DNA from: Meiothermus sp.
GTDB lineage: Bacteria > Deinococcota > Deinococci > Deinococcales > Thermaceae
Length of the DNA: 64,000 nucleotides
Assembly (NCBI GenBank): GCA_033762915.1
Contig: JANRLD010000013.1
Coordinates: 32,001 to 96,000 of the forward strand
Direction: 5' to 3'
Part shown: positions 49,041-59,271 of the stretch, piece after piece
Position numbering within the stretch: the stretch's first letter is position 1
How the letters are laid out: each line of letters begins with the position of its first letter
Made by a program: the position numbers and the translations under genes
The notes under the pieces: generated by a model
Seen by the model: only the letters and a program-made list of their open reading frames with translations
Told to the model about the DNA's origin: nothing
Database searches by the model: none

Positions 49041-50939
49041 ATGAATGTCCGACGTCTCAAACAAGCCCTGGCGGTCTCGCTGGTCGCGCTCCTGGCGGCC
49101 TGCGGGGGCGGCATCAGCGAGCCACCGGCGGCTGCCCCCGACAGCGGCTACCTGCTCACGGTCCAGCTCGAGGCTGCCGACACCCGCGAGGCCGTGGCGC
49201 AGCGCTACGGCGGCGAAGTGATCGCCTGGCTGGACGGTCAGGCCATCCTTAGGATGACCAGCGAGGCGGTAGCCCAGTTGCAGGCCCGCGGCATCTCCAT
49301 GCAAAACACCACCCTCGAGAGCAACGCCACGACCGAGGCTCCCTCGGCCACCGCCTCCGGCTGGAACGCCTGGGGCAGCGGCTGGAACGCCTGGGGCAGC
49401 GGCTGGAATGCCTGGGGCAGCGGCTGGAATGCCTGGTCGAACGGCACCAGCCTGATCCCCACCATCCCCACCGAGAACCGCAGTGCGATGCGCCAGATCA
49501 ACCTGGGCAGAGCCCTGGCCCTCTCCTCCTACTTTGGCGACTGGAACGGCAGCTACGGCATGGTGGCGGTAATCGACACCGGCATCGACACCGCCCACCC
49601 CATGTTCCAGGGTCGCCTGGCCGACGCGACCCTCTGGAAGGACTTCGTGGACGGTGATAACAATCCCCAGGAGGTCGCGGGCACCCATTTCGGGCACGGC
49701 ACCGCGGTAGCCGGGATCATCGCCCAGGTTGTACCCAGGGCCAAAATCCTGCCCATCCGGGTGCTCGGCTCGAACGGCGTGGGCAATGTGGCCAACGTGA
49801 TCTCGGCTATCCAGTGGGCGGCCGATAACGGGGCCTGGGTAATCAACCTCTCGCTGGGCGCTACCACCAACGTGGCGGCCCTGAGAACCATGGTGGAGTA
49901 CGCCACCAGCCGCAACATTTACGTGGTGGCCTCCTCGGGCAACACCGGCAACACCAACATAACCTTCCCCGCCGCCTTGGCCACCTCTGCCACCAACAAC
50001 CAGTTCTTGATCAGCGTGGGCAGCGTCAACTCGAGCGGCACCCGCTCCTCGTTCTCGACCTCGGGCAGCAGCCTGGAGTTCATGGCTCCCGGCGAGCAGA
50101 TCTACAGCGCCTACCCGGGCAACCGGGTCGGCTTCTTCACCGGCACGTCCTTCGCCGCCCCGCTGATCTCCGGCATTCTCAGCATGGGCGTTGCCGACTC
50201 CCTGGACGACAGCGTCATATTGGGCCTGCAGTCCTACCTCGTCAACTCCACCACCCCCGTCAGCGGGAGCCTCTACGGGCTAGTCAACATGGGCAGATTT
50301 ATGGCCGAAATGCCCAAATGGATCAATAAGACCGCGTTGCTGGTGGTCGGCTCAACCCCCCTCGGCCCCAACGACACCGCCATCCACAACCGCCTGCAGG
50401 CCCTGGGCTATGTGGTGAGCACCAACACCGCCGGGGTGAGCACCAGCACCGCCGCCACGTTCAACCTGGTGGTGGTCTCGGCCAGCGCCAGCGCCAGCAG
50501 CCTGGGCACCAAGCTACAGGGCATTGAGGTTCCGGTGGTGGTGATGAACAACGCCGTGCTGGGCAACATGCGGATGACCGGGACGGCGGCCTCGACCGAC
50601 TACGGCAGCGTGAGCACCCAGACCCAGGTGCAGATGCTCAGCACCAACAGCACCCACCCCCTGGCGGCGGGCCTGACCGGCGCCCTCACGGTGTTCGGCA
50701 GCTCGGATCAGGTCAACTGGGGCAGGCCCTCCTCGAGCGCGGCCTCGGTGGCGACCCCCACCACCAGCTCGAGCGTAGCGGCCATCTTCGGCTACGACCA
50801 GGGGGCCAGCATGGTCGGCCTGACCGCTCCGGCCCGCCGAGTGGGCTTCTTCCTGGGCAGCACCGGGGGCGGCAAGCTCAATGCCAACGGCGGCCTGCTC
50901 TTCGACGCTGCGGTCACCTGGGCGGTCTCGGGCAATTAA
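49041..50939 (+). CDS. S8 (subtilisin-family) serine protease lipoprotein
   Basis: Lipobox LAAC; catalytic triad motifs VIDTG, HGTAVAG and GTSFAAP; extra C-terminal domain. Confidence 0.92.
   Translation: MNVRRLKQALAVSLVALLAACGGGISEPPAAAPDSGYLLTVQLEAADTREAVAQRYGGEVIAWLDGQAILRMTSEAVAQLQARGISMQNTTLESNATTEAPSATASGWNAWGSGWNAWGSGWNAWGSGWNAWSNGTSLIPTIPTENRSAMRQINLGRALALSSYFGDWNGSYGMVAVIDTGIDTAHPMFQGRLADATLWKDFVDGDNNPQEVAGTHFGHGTAVAGIIAQVVPRAKILPIRVLGSNGVGNVANVISAIQWAADNGAWVINLSLGATTNVAALRTMVEYATSRNIYVVASSGNTGNTNITFPAALATSATNNQFLISVGSVNSSGTRSSFSTSGSSLEFMAPGEQIYSAYPGNRVGFFTGTSFAAPLISGILSMGVADSLDDSVILGLQSYLVNSTTPVSGSLYGLVNMGRFMAEMPKWINKTALLVVGSTPLGPNDTAIHNRLQALGYVVSTNTAGVSTSTAATFNLVVVSASASASSLGTKLQGIEVPVVVMNNAVLGNMRMTGTAASTDYGSVSTQTQVQMLSTNSTHPLAAGLTGALTVFGSSDQVNWGRPSSSAASVATPTTSSSVAAIFGYDQGASMVGLTAPARRVGFFLGSTGGGKLNANGGLLFDAAVTWAVSGN
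49359..49436 (+). repeat. 21-bp coding tandem repeat (GWNAWGS x ~3.7)
   Basis: GGCTGGAA(C/T)GCCTGGGGCAGC units in tandem. Confidence 0.9.
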
Positions 50940-50990
50940 GGGCGGTTCCCACGAGTACCCGGCACGGCGCTGTTTGCCGTGCCGGGTATG
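50940..50990. repeat. R2 family copy 5; hairpin likely acting as terminator
   Basis: GGCGGTTCCCACG followed by TACCCGGCACGGC-N7-GCCGTGCCGGGTA, right after the S8 stop and between convergent genes. Confidence 0.62.
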
Positions 50991-50995
50991 TTGTT

Positions 50996-51904
50996 TCACA
51001 ACCGCCCAACCTCATCAAAAACCGCTGTGGCTGGACGGGGCTGCCAACCCAAGGCCCTAGCCCGTGCTGCCGAAACCCGCATGGTGCTGCCAAAGATGTT
51101 GTAGGAACCCTTGCCCAACATCATCAAGACTTGCTGCCAAAGGGGGTTTTTGACCTCGAGTTGCCCGCCATAGCCCAATCGCTTAGAAATGGCCTCAAGG
51201 AGTTGTTTTTGGGTAATAAACGGCTCTGCGACCGCGTTTAGCAAGCTGCCCGGCTTGGCTTTTTCCAGCATCAGCAGGTATAAATCAGCCACGTCCTCGA
51301 GGTGTACCAATGACAGTGGATTACTGCCATTCCCGGTCATCCGCACCTTACCTAGGCCACGGCTCATTGCTAACACCTGACTTACTGGCCCGCTTCCCCT
51401 GCCGAACACGATAGCGGGTCGTATTGCCATACCCCGGACGCTGCTCGAGTTCAACACATTGTTTTCAGCCTGAGCCAAACCGGTAATCATCGGTGGGGCT
51501 TGTACCGGGGTGTCTTCATCCACCACGCGGCTGCCCGTATCACGGTAAGCCCCAGTGCCTCCAGTGACAATCAGGGGCTTGCCGCTGCCCTCTAAACCCT
51601 TGAGAAAGGCTGTTACCGAGTCCAGTTGCAGCTTACTCGAGGCTTGCATCTGGGTCATAAAGTTGGCGCTGGGGTCAAAGCGCATCTGAGCGAGGTGAAT
51701 CACCCCGTCGGTTTGTTGGGCAGTTTTGCTCAGCACTTCTGAGTTTGATAATGCGCCCATTACCGTTTGATAACCGAGTTTCTCGAGCTTGTTTTGTGCT
51801 GCATGGTTCCGGGCTAAGGCCACAACCACGTGGCCTGCTTGATGCAGTTTTTCTGCCACCACACTGCCGATATAGCCTGTTGCTCCAGTCAAAAACACCT
51901 TCAT
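50996..51904 (-). CDS. NAD-dependent epimerase/dehydratase (atypical SDR)
   Basis: MKVFLTGATGYIG Rossmann motif, VHLEDVA; RBS GGAGG. Confidence 0.9.
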   Translation of the reverse strand: MKVFLTGATGYIGSVVAEKLHQAGHVVVALARNHAAQNKLEKLGYQTVMGALSNSEVLSKTAQQTDGVIHLAQMRFDPSANFMTQMQASSKLQLDSVTAFLKGLEGSGKPLIVTGGTGAYRDTGSRVVDEDTPVQAPPMITGLAQAENNVLNSSSVRGMAIRPAIVFGRGSGPVSQVLAMSRGLGKVRMTGNGSNPLSLVHLEDVADLYLLMLEKAKPGSLLNAVAEPFITQKQLLEAISKRLGYGGQLEVKNPLWQQVLMMLGKGSYNIFGSTMRVSAARARALGWQPRPATAVFDEVGRL

Positions 51905-51916
51905 GGTTTCCTCCAC

Positions 51917-51934
51917 ATGTTTAGTTCTAAACAT
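51917..51934. promoter_or_regulatory. Putative MarR operator
   Basis: Perfect 8-2-8 inverted repeat ATGTTTAG-TT-CTAAACAT just upstream of the SDR RBS. Confidence 0.8.
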
Positions 51935-51954
51935 TTTGGTAAGCTGATGACGGT

Positions 51955-52365
51955 TTAGCCGATCTTCTGCAAAAGCAGGTGGAACTGCTCGAGTTCTTCA
52001 GGGCTGAGTTGGGCAAACTGCGAGCGCACAAAGCTGCGGTACTCCGGCAGCATCTCATCGATTAGTTGGCGGCCTGTGGGGGTTAGCTCGAGGGCAAACG
52101 CCGCGCCCTGGGCCGTGCGAGCAAGAAGACCATCCCCCTCTAGCTTGCCCAGCAGTTGCGAGACATTGCCCTTGGTCACACCCAGTCGCTCGGCTAAGTC
52201 TTGCTGTACCAAACCTGGTTTCTGATAGACCTGCATCAACACCTCAAACTGCGCCGCACTCAGACCCCGCTCCCGCAACCGTTCCCCACCCTCGCGGCTG
52301 ACCCTTTGCACAATCTGCACCATTTTGCTCCAAACGTTTGTGGGTGACACTCGAGGGTTTTTCAT
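51955..52365 (-). CDS. MarR family transcriptional regulator
   Basis: LSAAQFEVL..QQDLAERLGVTKGNVSQLLGKLE..LTPTG winged helix. Confidence 0.93.
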   Translation of the reverse strand: MKNPRVSPTNVWSKMVQIVQRVSREGGERLRERGLSAAQFEVLMQVYQKPGLVQQDLAERLGVTKGNVSQLLGKLEGDGLLARTAQGAAFALELTPTGRQLIDEMLPEYRSFVRSQFAQLSPEELEQFHLLLQKIG

Positions 52366-52366
52366 A

Positions 52367-52405
52367 ATGTTTAGCTCTAAACATTTTTAGTTTAGAGCTA
52401 AACAT
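52367..52405. promoter_or_regulatory. Tandem putative MarR operators over the marR promoter
   Basis: ATGTTTAG-CT-CTAAACAT (52367-52384) and TAGTTTAG-AG-CTAAACAT (52388-52405). Confidence 0.8.
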
Positions 52406-52415
52406 AATAGATGTC

Positions 52416-52444
52416 AAAAACCCCTCGAGACTCTCGAGGGGTTT
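52416..52444 (-). terminator. Intrinsic terminator after aceF
   Basis: AAACCCCTCGAGA-C-TCTCGAGGGGTTT hairpin with a T tract on the minus strand. Confidence 0.75.
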
Positions 52445-52480
52445 GTCTTTTGCTACCCGCTACCCGCCAACAGCTACCTG

Positions 52481-53872
52481 CTATCCCTCAAACCCCAACA
52501 AGAAGGGGTCTTCGAGCATCTCGGCGATAAAGCGGCAGAAGCGGGCGGCGTCGGCCCCGTCGATCAGGCGGTGGTCGTAGGAGAGCGAGAAGGGCATGAT
52601 GTTCTTGGGCTCAAAAGCCCCCTTCTCGGCGTTCCAAACCGGTTCAATTGCGCCCCTCGAGACCCCCATGATCGCCACCTCAGGCCAGTTGACAATCGGC
52701 GTAAAGCCCGTCCCGCCGATGCCCCCAAGGTTGGAGATGGTGAAGGAAGCCCCCTGCATTTCGTCCGGGGTGAGTTTGCGGTCTCGAGCCTTCGCCGCAA
52801 TCTCGCCCAACTCAGCCGCCAAGGTAATCACACCCTTCTTGTCCACGTCCCGAATCACAGGAACCAGCAAGCCTGTGGGGGTGTCCACCGCCACGCTGAT
52901 GTGGATGTAGTCCTTGAAGATGACCTCGTTGGTGGCGGTGTCGATCGAGGCGTTGAACTTGGGGAAAGCCTTCAGCGCGGCGGCGGCGATCTTGAGCAGG
53001 ATCGCGGTCATGGTGACCTTGGCCCCGCGCTTCTCGGCCCTGGGGTTGATCCGCTTGCGCAGCGCCTCCATCTCGGTGATGTCGGCCTTGTCGAACTGGG
53101 TCACCATGGGGATGGTGCTCCAGGCCTGGGCCATGGAGCGCACGGTGGCGCGGCGGATGCCGGACATGGCCTCGCGGCGCACCGGGCCGAACTTGGTGAA
53201 GTCCGGCAGGGCTGGGGTTGCGGGGGCCGGGGCGGCCGGGGCCGCGGGCACTGCAGGGGCGGTGCCGCCCGCCGCGTAGCGCTTCACGTCGGTCTCGGAG
53301 ATGCGGTGGGCGGGGCCGGAGCCCATCACGTCCGTCAGGCTGACGCCCATCTCGCGGGCCAGCCGCCGCACGCTGGGCGCCGCCGGGATCAGCCTGCGCT
53401 GGCCTGCCGGGGCCGAGGCGTAGGGGCCGGAGGCGGCCCTGGGGGCCTTCAGCGGCGCTTCGGCCGGGTTGGCCGCGCTCACCGGCTTGTCGGAGGGCGG
53501 GGCCTGCACCGGGGGCGCGTCCGGGGGCAAGGTGGCCCCGCCGGTCGCGCGGGCCAGCGCGGCGCCCTCGTTGTCGGGGCTGCCCTGCTTGGGGTCAGGC
53601 GCTAAAGCGGGCGCCGGGGCCTGCGCGGCGGGCGCCCCGGCCCCGCCCAGCACTGCGATCACCTGCCCGCTCTTGACTTCGTCGCCGGCCTTGACCATCA
53701 CCTTGGAGACCGTTCCGCCCTCGGAAGCGGGGGCCTCCATGACCGCCTTGTCGGTCTCGAGTTCCAGCACCGGCTGACCCGCCGTGACGGTGTCGCCCTC
53801 CTTGATCAAGACCCCCACCACCACGGCGGAGGCCACGTTGTCGCCCAGGTCAGGTAGTTTCAGTTCAGCCAT
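52481..53872 (-). CDS. aceF: Pyruvate dehydrogenase E2, dihydrolipoamide acetyltransferase
   Basis: Lipoyl motif ETDKA, E3-binding [11 protein letters not shown], catalytic DHRLIDG; downstream of aceE. Confidence 0.93.
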   Translation of the reverse strand: MAELKLPDLGDNVASAVVVGVLIKEGDTVTAGQPVLELETDKAVMEAPASEGGTVSKVMVKAGDEVKSGQVIAVLGGAGAPAAQAPAPALAPDPKQGSPDNEGAALARATGGATLPPDAPPVQAPPSDKPVSAANPAEAPLKAPRAASGPYASAPAGQRRLIPAAPSVRRLAREMGVSLTDVMGSGPAHRISETDVKRYAAGGTAPAVPAAPAAPAPATPALPDFTKFGPVRREAMSGIRRATVRSMAQAWSTIPMVTQFDKADITEMEALRKRINPRAEKRGAKVTMTAILLKIAAAALKAFPKFNASIDTATNEVIFKDYIHISVAVDTPTGLLVPVIRDVDKKGVITLAAELGEIAAKARDRKLTPDEMQGASFTISNLGGIGGTGFTPIVNWPEVAIMGVSRGAIEPVWNAEKGAFEPKNIMPFSLSYDHRLIDGADAARFCRFIAEMLEDPFLLGFEG

Positions 53873-53961
53873 TGTTGCTCCCTTTGGTCGCGTTTAGAGC
53901 CCAGAGTCGAGGGTCAAGGGGTTTGTTGAATTCACCGTCGGGCCTCGACCCTGGACGCGCT

Positions 53962-56697
53962 TTAGCGCTTGTGCGGCTGCTCCCGCTTGGGGTCGATCCC
54001 CAGCTTCTTGATGGCCTCGGTGATGGCGTTGGCGTTGACCTTGCCCTCGGCCCGGAGGCTGCTGAGGGCGGCGACCACGACGCTCTTGGCGTCCACCTCG
54101 AAGAAGTCGCGCAGGGCCTCTCTGGTCTCGGAGCGCCCGTAGCCGTCGGTGCCCAGGGTATGGATGGGGCGGGCGAGGTAGCCCGAGATGGCGTCGGGCA
54201 GCACCTTCATATAGTCCGAGGCGGCCACGATGGGGCCTTCGGTGGGGTTGAGGCACTGGGCCGCGTAGGGCGTTTTGGCCTTGGCGGTGGGGTTGAGGCG
54301 GTTGGCGCGGGCGGTCTCTATGGCGTCGAAGTAGAGCGCCTTGTAGCTGGTCACGCTCCAGACGTCGGCGGCAATGCCGTAGTCCTTCTCGAGCATCTCG
54401 CTGGCCTTGATCACCTCGTTCAGGATGGTCCCGCTGCCCAGCAGCTGCACCCGCGCCTTGGGCTTCTTCAGCTCGCTCTTCTTGAAAAGGTACATGCCCC
54501 TGAGGATGCCTTCCCGGGTGGCCTCCCTCGGCTCGGGCATGGCGGGCTGGATGTAGTTCTCGTTCATCAGGGTGATGTAGTAGAAGATGTCCTCGCCGTC
54601 GTGGTACATCCGCTTGAGGCCGTCCTGCAGGATGGTCGCCAGCTCGTAGGCGAAGGCGGGGTCGTAGGCGGGCATGTTGGGGACGGGCAGGGCCTGGACG
54701 TGGGAGTGGCCGTCCTCGTGCTGGAGGCCCTCGCCGTTGAGGGTGGTGCGGCCAGCCGTCGCGCCCAGCATGAAGCCCTTGGTGCGCTGGTCGCCCGCCG
54801 CCCACACCAGGTCGCCGACGCGCTGGAGGCCGAACATCGAGTAGTAGATGTAGAAGGGGATGGTGGGGACGCCGAAGTTGGCGTAGGCGGTGCCCGCAGC
54901 GATGAAGCTGCTCATCGCGCCCGCCTCGTTGATGCCCTCCTGCAGCAGTTGGCCGGTCTCGCTCTCGCGGTAGACGGTCACGGTGCCCGCGTCCACCGGC
55001 GTGTAGAGCTGGCCCTTGGGCGAGTAGATGCCCACCGAGCTGATCACGCCCTCCATGCCGAAGGTACGGGCCTCGTCGGGCACGATGGGCACCACGTACT
55101 TGCCCACCTCGGGGTGGCGCACCAGCTTGGTCAGTATGCGCACGAAGGCCATCGTGGTGGAGATCTCGCGCCCGCCGGAGCCCGCCAAGAACTCCTCGAA
55201 GAAGGCCGCGTCGGGGGTGTTCAGCTTGTAGTCGCGCACCCGCCGCTCGGGGATCAGTCCGCCCAGCGCCTTGCGCCTCGAGAGCATGTACCGCACCTCC
55301 GGCGAGTCGGGGCCGGGGTGGTAGAAGGGGGTCTTCTCGAGGTCCTCGTCCGAGACCGGGATGCCCAGGAAGTCGCGCGCCTCGCGCAGGTCGTCGAGGG
55401 TCAGCTTCTTGACCTGGTGGGCCACGTTCTTGGCCTGGGCGGTGGGGCCGAGGCCGTAGCCCTTGACCGACCGCGCGATGATGACCGTGGGCGAGCCCCG
55501 GTGGTCGGCGGCGGCCTTGTAGGCGGTGTAGATCTTGTGCTTGTCGTGGCCGCCCCGCGAGAGGGTGAGGCGGTCGAGGTCGTCGTCGTCGAGCCCCTCG
55601 ATCAGCTTTTGCAGCTCGGGAGTGTTGAAGAACTTCTCGCGCAGCTCCTTGGCCCCGTAGGCGGCGTAGCGCTGGCTCTCACCGTCCACCAGCCGCTCCA
55701 TCCGCTCCAGCAGCACGCCCTCGGTGTCGCGGGCGAAGAGGTCGTCCCAGGCCGAGCCCCAGACCAGCTTGATCACGTTCCAGCCGTTGCCGCGGTAGAT
55801 GCTCTCGAGCTCTTGGATCACTTTGGAGTTGCCGCGCACCGGCCCGTCGAGGCGCTGGAGGTTGGCATTAATGACGAAGATCAGGTTGTCCAGCTCCTCC
55901 GAGGCCGCCACCCGCAGCCCGCCCAGGGTCTCGACCTCGTCCTGCTCGCCGTCGCCCAGGAAGGCCCAGATTTTGGCGTCGGACCTGGGCCGCAGGCCCC
56001 GGTCCTCGAGGTAGCGCAGGAAGCGGGCCTGGTAGATGGCCTGGAGCGGCCCCAGCCCCATGCTCACCGTGGGGAACTCCCAGTAGTCGGGCATCAGCCA
56101 GGGGTGGGGGTAGCTCGACAGCCCCCGGCCCGGCCCCCCCAGCAGCTCGCGGCGGAACTTGCCCAGGTCTTCGGCCGAGAAGCGGCCCTCCAGAAAGCTG
56201 CGCCCGTAGACGCCCGGCGACATGTGCCCCTGGAAAAACACCTTGTCGTGATCGAGCCCTGAAGGGTCGGTGTCCTGGCCCCGGAAGAAGTGGTTGAAGC
56301 CCATCTCCATCAGCTCGGCGATCGAGGCGTAGGTGGAGATGTGCCCCCCCACCCCGTCGGCCTTCTTGTTGGCCTGCTGCACGATGGCGATGGTGTTCCA
56401 TCTCAGGATGTTGGCGACCCGCTGCTCCATCTCCATGTCGCCGGGGTAGGCGGGCTGGTCCTCGACGGGGATGGTGTTGACGTAGGGGGTGTTGACCTTG
56501 TCGTGGATCACCACCCCGTGGCGGTAGGCGTAGTTCTCCAGCATCTCCATGAGCTGGGCCACCCGGTCGCGCCCGGCGGTCTTAAGGACGTACTCGAGGC
56601 TCTGCGTCCACTCCCGGTTCTCCAGGTCCTCGAGGCCCACCTGCTCCTCGGCGGACAGCCCGGCGCGGGCAGCGATTAGTTCGCGGTCTTCAACCAT
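53962..56697 (-). CDS. aceE: Pyruvate dehydrogenase E1, homodimeric type
   Basis: [31 protein letters not shown] and [15 protein letters not shown] motifs; RBS AAGGAG. Confidence 0.96.
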   Translation of the reverse strand: MVEDRELIAARAGLSAEEQVGLEDLENREWTQSLEYVLKTAGRDRVAQLMEMLENYAYRHGVVIHDKVNTPYVNTIPVEDQPAYPGDMEMEQRVANILRWNTIAIVQQANKKADGVGGHISTYASIAELMEMGFNHFFRGQDTDPSGLDHDKVFFQGHMSPGVYGRSFLEGRFSAEDLGKFRRELLGGPGRGLSSYPHPWLMPDYWEFPTVSMGLGPLQAIYQARFLRYLEDRGLRPRSDAKIWAFLGDGEQDEVETLGGLRVAASEELDNLIFVINANLQRLDGPVRGNSKVIQELESIYRGNGWNVIKLVWGSAWDDLFARDTEGVLLERMERLVDGESQRYAAYGAKELREKFFNTPELQKLIEGLDDDDLDRLTLSRGGHDKHKIYTAYKAAADHRGSPTVIIARSVKGYGLGPTAQAKNVAHQVKKLTLDDLREARDFLGIPVSDEDLEKTPFYHPGPDSPEVRYMLSRRKALGGLIPERRVRDYKLNTPDAAFFEEFLAGSGGREISTTMAFVRILTKLVRHPEVGKYVVPIVPDEARTFGMEGVISSVGIYSPKGQLYTPVDAGTVTVYRESETGQLLQEGINEAGAMSSFIAAGTAYANFGVPTIPFYIYYSMFGLQRVGDLVWAAGDQRTKGFMLGATAGRTTLNGEGLQHEDGHSHVQALPVPNMPAYDPAFAYELATILQDGLKRMYHDGEDIFYYITLMNENYIQPAMPEPREATREGILRGMYLFKKSELKKPKARVQLLGSGTILNEVIKASEMLEKDYGIAADVWSVTSYKALYFDAIETARANRLNPTAKAKTPYAAQCLNPTEGPIVAASDYMKVLPDAISGYLARPIHTLGTDGYGRSETREALRDFFEVDAKSVVVAALSSLRAEGKVNANAITEAIKKLGIDPKREQPHKR

Positions 56698-56913
56698 GCG
56701 GCACTCCTTTTTGGCGAAAGTAGGCTAGTGTACTGCGGTTAGCTCGTCCTGTGTGGGGGCTGTGGGGGGTTTAGAGGCCGCCCCCCGGCCCTCGGCCCTC
56801 TGTTTTTTCCCCTCGTGCTTCGGCGTTTTGGGCCCCGGCGCCAGGCCCGCGACATCTTTGTTATCGGCCTTACATTACAGCACCTCTCGAGCGGAAAAAA
56901 CGTAAGGAAGTAT

Positions 56914-56936
56914 GTTTTTTACACAGTATAAAAAAC
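56914..56936. promoter_or_regulatory. Candidate operator upstream of aceEF
   Basis: Near-perfect 23-bp palindrome GTTTTTTACACAGTATAAAAAAC in an AT-rich promoter region. Confidence 0.55.
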
Positions 56937-57111
56937 TTTTACCAAATGGCAAAATGGTACAGAGATAAACCCCGTACCCAACGGGCCGTACGGGGTTTTT
57001 CAAAACCGCGCTCGAGGCGCCCCACAAGGCCGCAGGCTCCGCCCCGCCGGCCAACCCCGGGCGCCACTGCCCGGACTGCGGTCGGACAAAACCCCCGCAG
57101 GAGGTACTTGG

Positions 57112-57220
57112 GGCGGTTCCCGCCCTTAGGCCTCATGCGGCGCTGAAGCGGGCGCTGAGGTGGGCATAACATACCCCGCACGTCCGGGGCTTGACGTGCG
57201 GGGCATTGGTGGGAGCTGCG
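57112..57220. repeat. Hairpin-containing MITE-like family R2, copy 6
   Basis: GGCGGTTCCCGCC ... GGTGGGAGCTGCG with internal GGCGCTGAAGCGGGCG and a CCCCGCACGTC/GACGTGCGGGG hairpin; abuts the lipoprotein stop. Confidence 0.62.
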
Positions 57221-57221
57221 G

Positions 57222-57935
57222 TCAGTTGGAGGGCGGAGGTGCGGTTACGGTGCGGCCCAGGAGGTTGGTCGCGCTGACCAGCAGGCCGGAGCCGACCGCC
57301 GCGACCCGACAACTGGCCAGGAGGCTGGCGTTGACCGTGACCAGCCGGCCCCCAGCGGCGTAGCCCTTGGTGCAGTCCTCGGTGGCCAGGCTCGAGACCC
57401 CCAGACTGGGGTTGGCGCTTAGGGCATCTCTGGCGGCCTGATAGACGGCCTGGGCGTAGTCGAGGGTGAGGGTGTGGATCTGCTCCTGGGCCTCGAGGGG
57501 TGTCTTGACAAAGGTCAGGAACCAGCGGCCCTGGCTGTAGGAGAGGTTGGTGCTGCCCGAGATGGGAAGGCAGGTGCTCGAGGTGAGGGTGTAGTCGACC
57601 TTGGCGCTGTTGGGCCCCAGCACGCTCTTGTCCACCGCGATGGCGCTAAGGGGGCAGCCCAGGGTGTATTCGCGGGCCACCTTGCCCCAGAACACCGCCT
57701 CGTCCTGGCGGGTGATACGCACGATCTTGTTGAGGGTGTCCAGCTCGGCGGGCAGGATGTAACCCCTGGCCTGGGCGTGCTGTCCGCTGTGCAGGGCGGA
57801 GAGGAAGTTGAAGGTGACCAGGCGGGGCTGGTTGGGGTCGAAGGGCTCGGTGTTGATGGTGTCGTTGGCGCCGGAGCCGCAGGCCGCCAGCAGCGCCAGC
57901 AGGCCCGGCCCTAAAACCCGAAAGAGTGTGGTCAT
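57222..57935 (-). CDS. Lipoprotein, unknown function
   Basis: Lipobox LAAC; four additional cysteines; host-like codon usage. Confidence 0.82.
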   Translation of the reverse strand: MTTLFRVLGPGLLALLAACGSGANDTINTEPFDPNQPRLVTFNFLSALHSGQHAQARGYILPAELDTLNKIVRITRQDEAVFWGKVAREYTLGCPLSAIAVDKSVLGPNSAKVDYTLTSSTCLPISGSTNLSYSQGRWFLTFVKTPLEAQEQIHTLTLDYAQAVYQAARDALSANPSLGVSSLATEDCTKGYAAGGRLVTVNASLLASCRVAAVGSGLLVSATNLLGRTVTAPPPSN

Positions 57936-58166
57936 GGTAATCCTGGGTGGGCAGACGTAACGCCTAAACCCAACAAACGAAAGCGTCTCCTGTTTACGAA
58001 TATAGCAACCCAGAGCGGTTTTGTGCGCTATGGTTGGGGGTTACGGGGGAGTGATTTGGCATTACAAAAGGGGGCTGGGCGTTACGGGGGTTGAGGGGCA
58101 GTAACAGACCGTGTTGGCCTTGGCGCGGGCTTCTCGAGGAAACCCGACCCCACCCTCAGGGGTTGG

Positions 58167-58199
58167 CTCGAGCGGAGCCAAGACCCCAAAACTCGAGCC
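58167..58199 (+). repeat. CTCGAG-bounded repeat R3, copy 1
   Basis: CTCGAGCGGAGCCAAGACCCCAAAACTCGAGCC, 32/33 identical to 59272-59304. Confidence 0.8.
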
Positions 58200-58293
58200 G
58201 GGTCGGGAAACCGCAAACCGCAGGGTGCGCTCTGGCACCTCCCAAGCCGCCTGCCAAATTACTGGTGTAAACGCATCCTACAGGCTGTAGAGG

Positions 58294-58866
58294 TTATCGG
58301 TGTCCCTCGAGCCGACCCCGCAACTGACCATGTGGGTCATAGACTTCGATAAAACTGCTTTTGAGCAGATTATCAGGGAATACCGCCAGATTGGTTTTGC
58401 CATCCGTGGCGGAGAGCACCAATAGCGCCTCGAGGCCCAGCCCCTTGGCTGCAATCCCGAGGGCTTGAGTCGGTGGCACTTCGCCTTTGGCTTGAACCTC
58501 CCGCCACGAGGCAGTGAGCTGGTCTCGATTGGTTTTCAAGGTTGCCCAGTGTGGGGGCTGACTGATGTCGGTGATGCGTTGAAGCTTGAAGCGCACACTC
58601 AGCAACAAATAGGGGTTCAACGGCTGCGCGGCGAATTTGGCTTGGACGCTCGAGCCGAATCCTACCTCGCGCAGGGTGGTGTCAGGGTTCTCGGCGAGGT
58701 ACAGCACCTCAAACAGCCCTTTGGGGTTATAGCGCCCACCTGTCAAAATCGAACCGACTGCCGAAAGGGGAGTCTCGAGAAATCTGCTCTGAGTAGCTCG
58801 AAAAGCAGTGCCCTCGAGAGGCAGTGTAGGGAGTTCCTGCAAAGCCGCAGAGAAAAACTCGATCAA
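58294..58866 (-). CDS. RES-domain toxin (NAD+ phosphorylase family)
   Basis: GGRYNP, LYLAE..TTLRE and LVLS..NLAVFP motifs; coupled to the upstream antitoxin. Confidence 0.9.
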   Translation of the reverse strand: MIEFFSAALQELPTLPLEGTAFRATQSRFLETPLSAVGSILTGGRYNPKGLFEVLYLAENPDTTLREVGFGSSVQAKFAAQPLNPYLLLSVRFKLQRITDISQPPHWATLKTNRDQLTASWREVQAKGEVPPTQALGIAAKGLGLEALLVLSATDGKTNLAVFPDNLLKSSFIEVYDPHGQLRGRLEGHR

Positions 58867-59222
58867 CGCGGCACGCCCATTTCGATTGCCAGCACTAGGT
58901 CTTCGACAGGTTCAAAGTTGCTCTCAGTCAAATACTCAATGGGAGCTTTTCCGCCAAAATCGGGGTGTCCCGACTTGAGCCAAATGCGGGCATTGACTTC
59001 CGAACCAGTGAGGTCGCGGATGCGGACGAAGAGCTGCTCGAGCTGGCGCATTTTGGGCTGAAGCCGATCCGAGGTAGGGGTTTTGAGCAAGGCTTGGCGA
59101 CTGACCCCCAATATCTGGGCCATTTGGGGAACTTTGACGGCGTAGACCTCGCTTAGGGCTAGTGCGTCGAGGTTGCCGCTTACGCCGTGGGCTTGCTCGA
59201 GGACATGGGTCAGAGCGCTCAT
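58863..59222 (-). CDS. Xre/MbcA/ParS-type antitoxin
   Basis: HTH (MAQILGVSRQAL) and ARIWLKSGHPDFGGKAPIEYL C-terminal motif. Confidence 0.9.
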   Translation of the reverse strand: MSALTHVLEQAHGVSGNLDALALSEVYAVKVPQMAQILGVSRQALLKTPTSDRLQPKMRQLEQLFVRIRDLTGSEVNARIWLKSGHPDFGGKAPIEYLTESNFEPVEDLVLAIEMGVPR

Positions 59223-59271
59223 GGGTTTAGTTTACAATAAGTTGTCAAAAAGTTGCAGTTTGGTCTAACAC

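Noticed and set aside
49359..49436. Possible CRISPR array
   Set aside because: Repeats are contiguous without spacers, in frame within a protease gene, and there are no cas genes.
52416..52481. No lpd (E3) gene after aceEF
   Set aside because: E3 is commonly encoded elsewhere and shared between complexes; not unusual.
53872..56262. 796-aa plus-strand ORF
   Set aside because: Antisense shadow of aceE caused by high GC3; no motifs.
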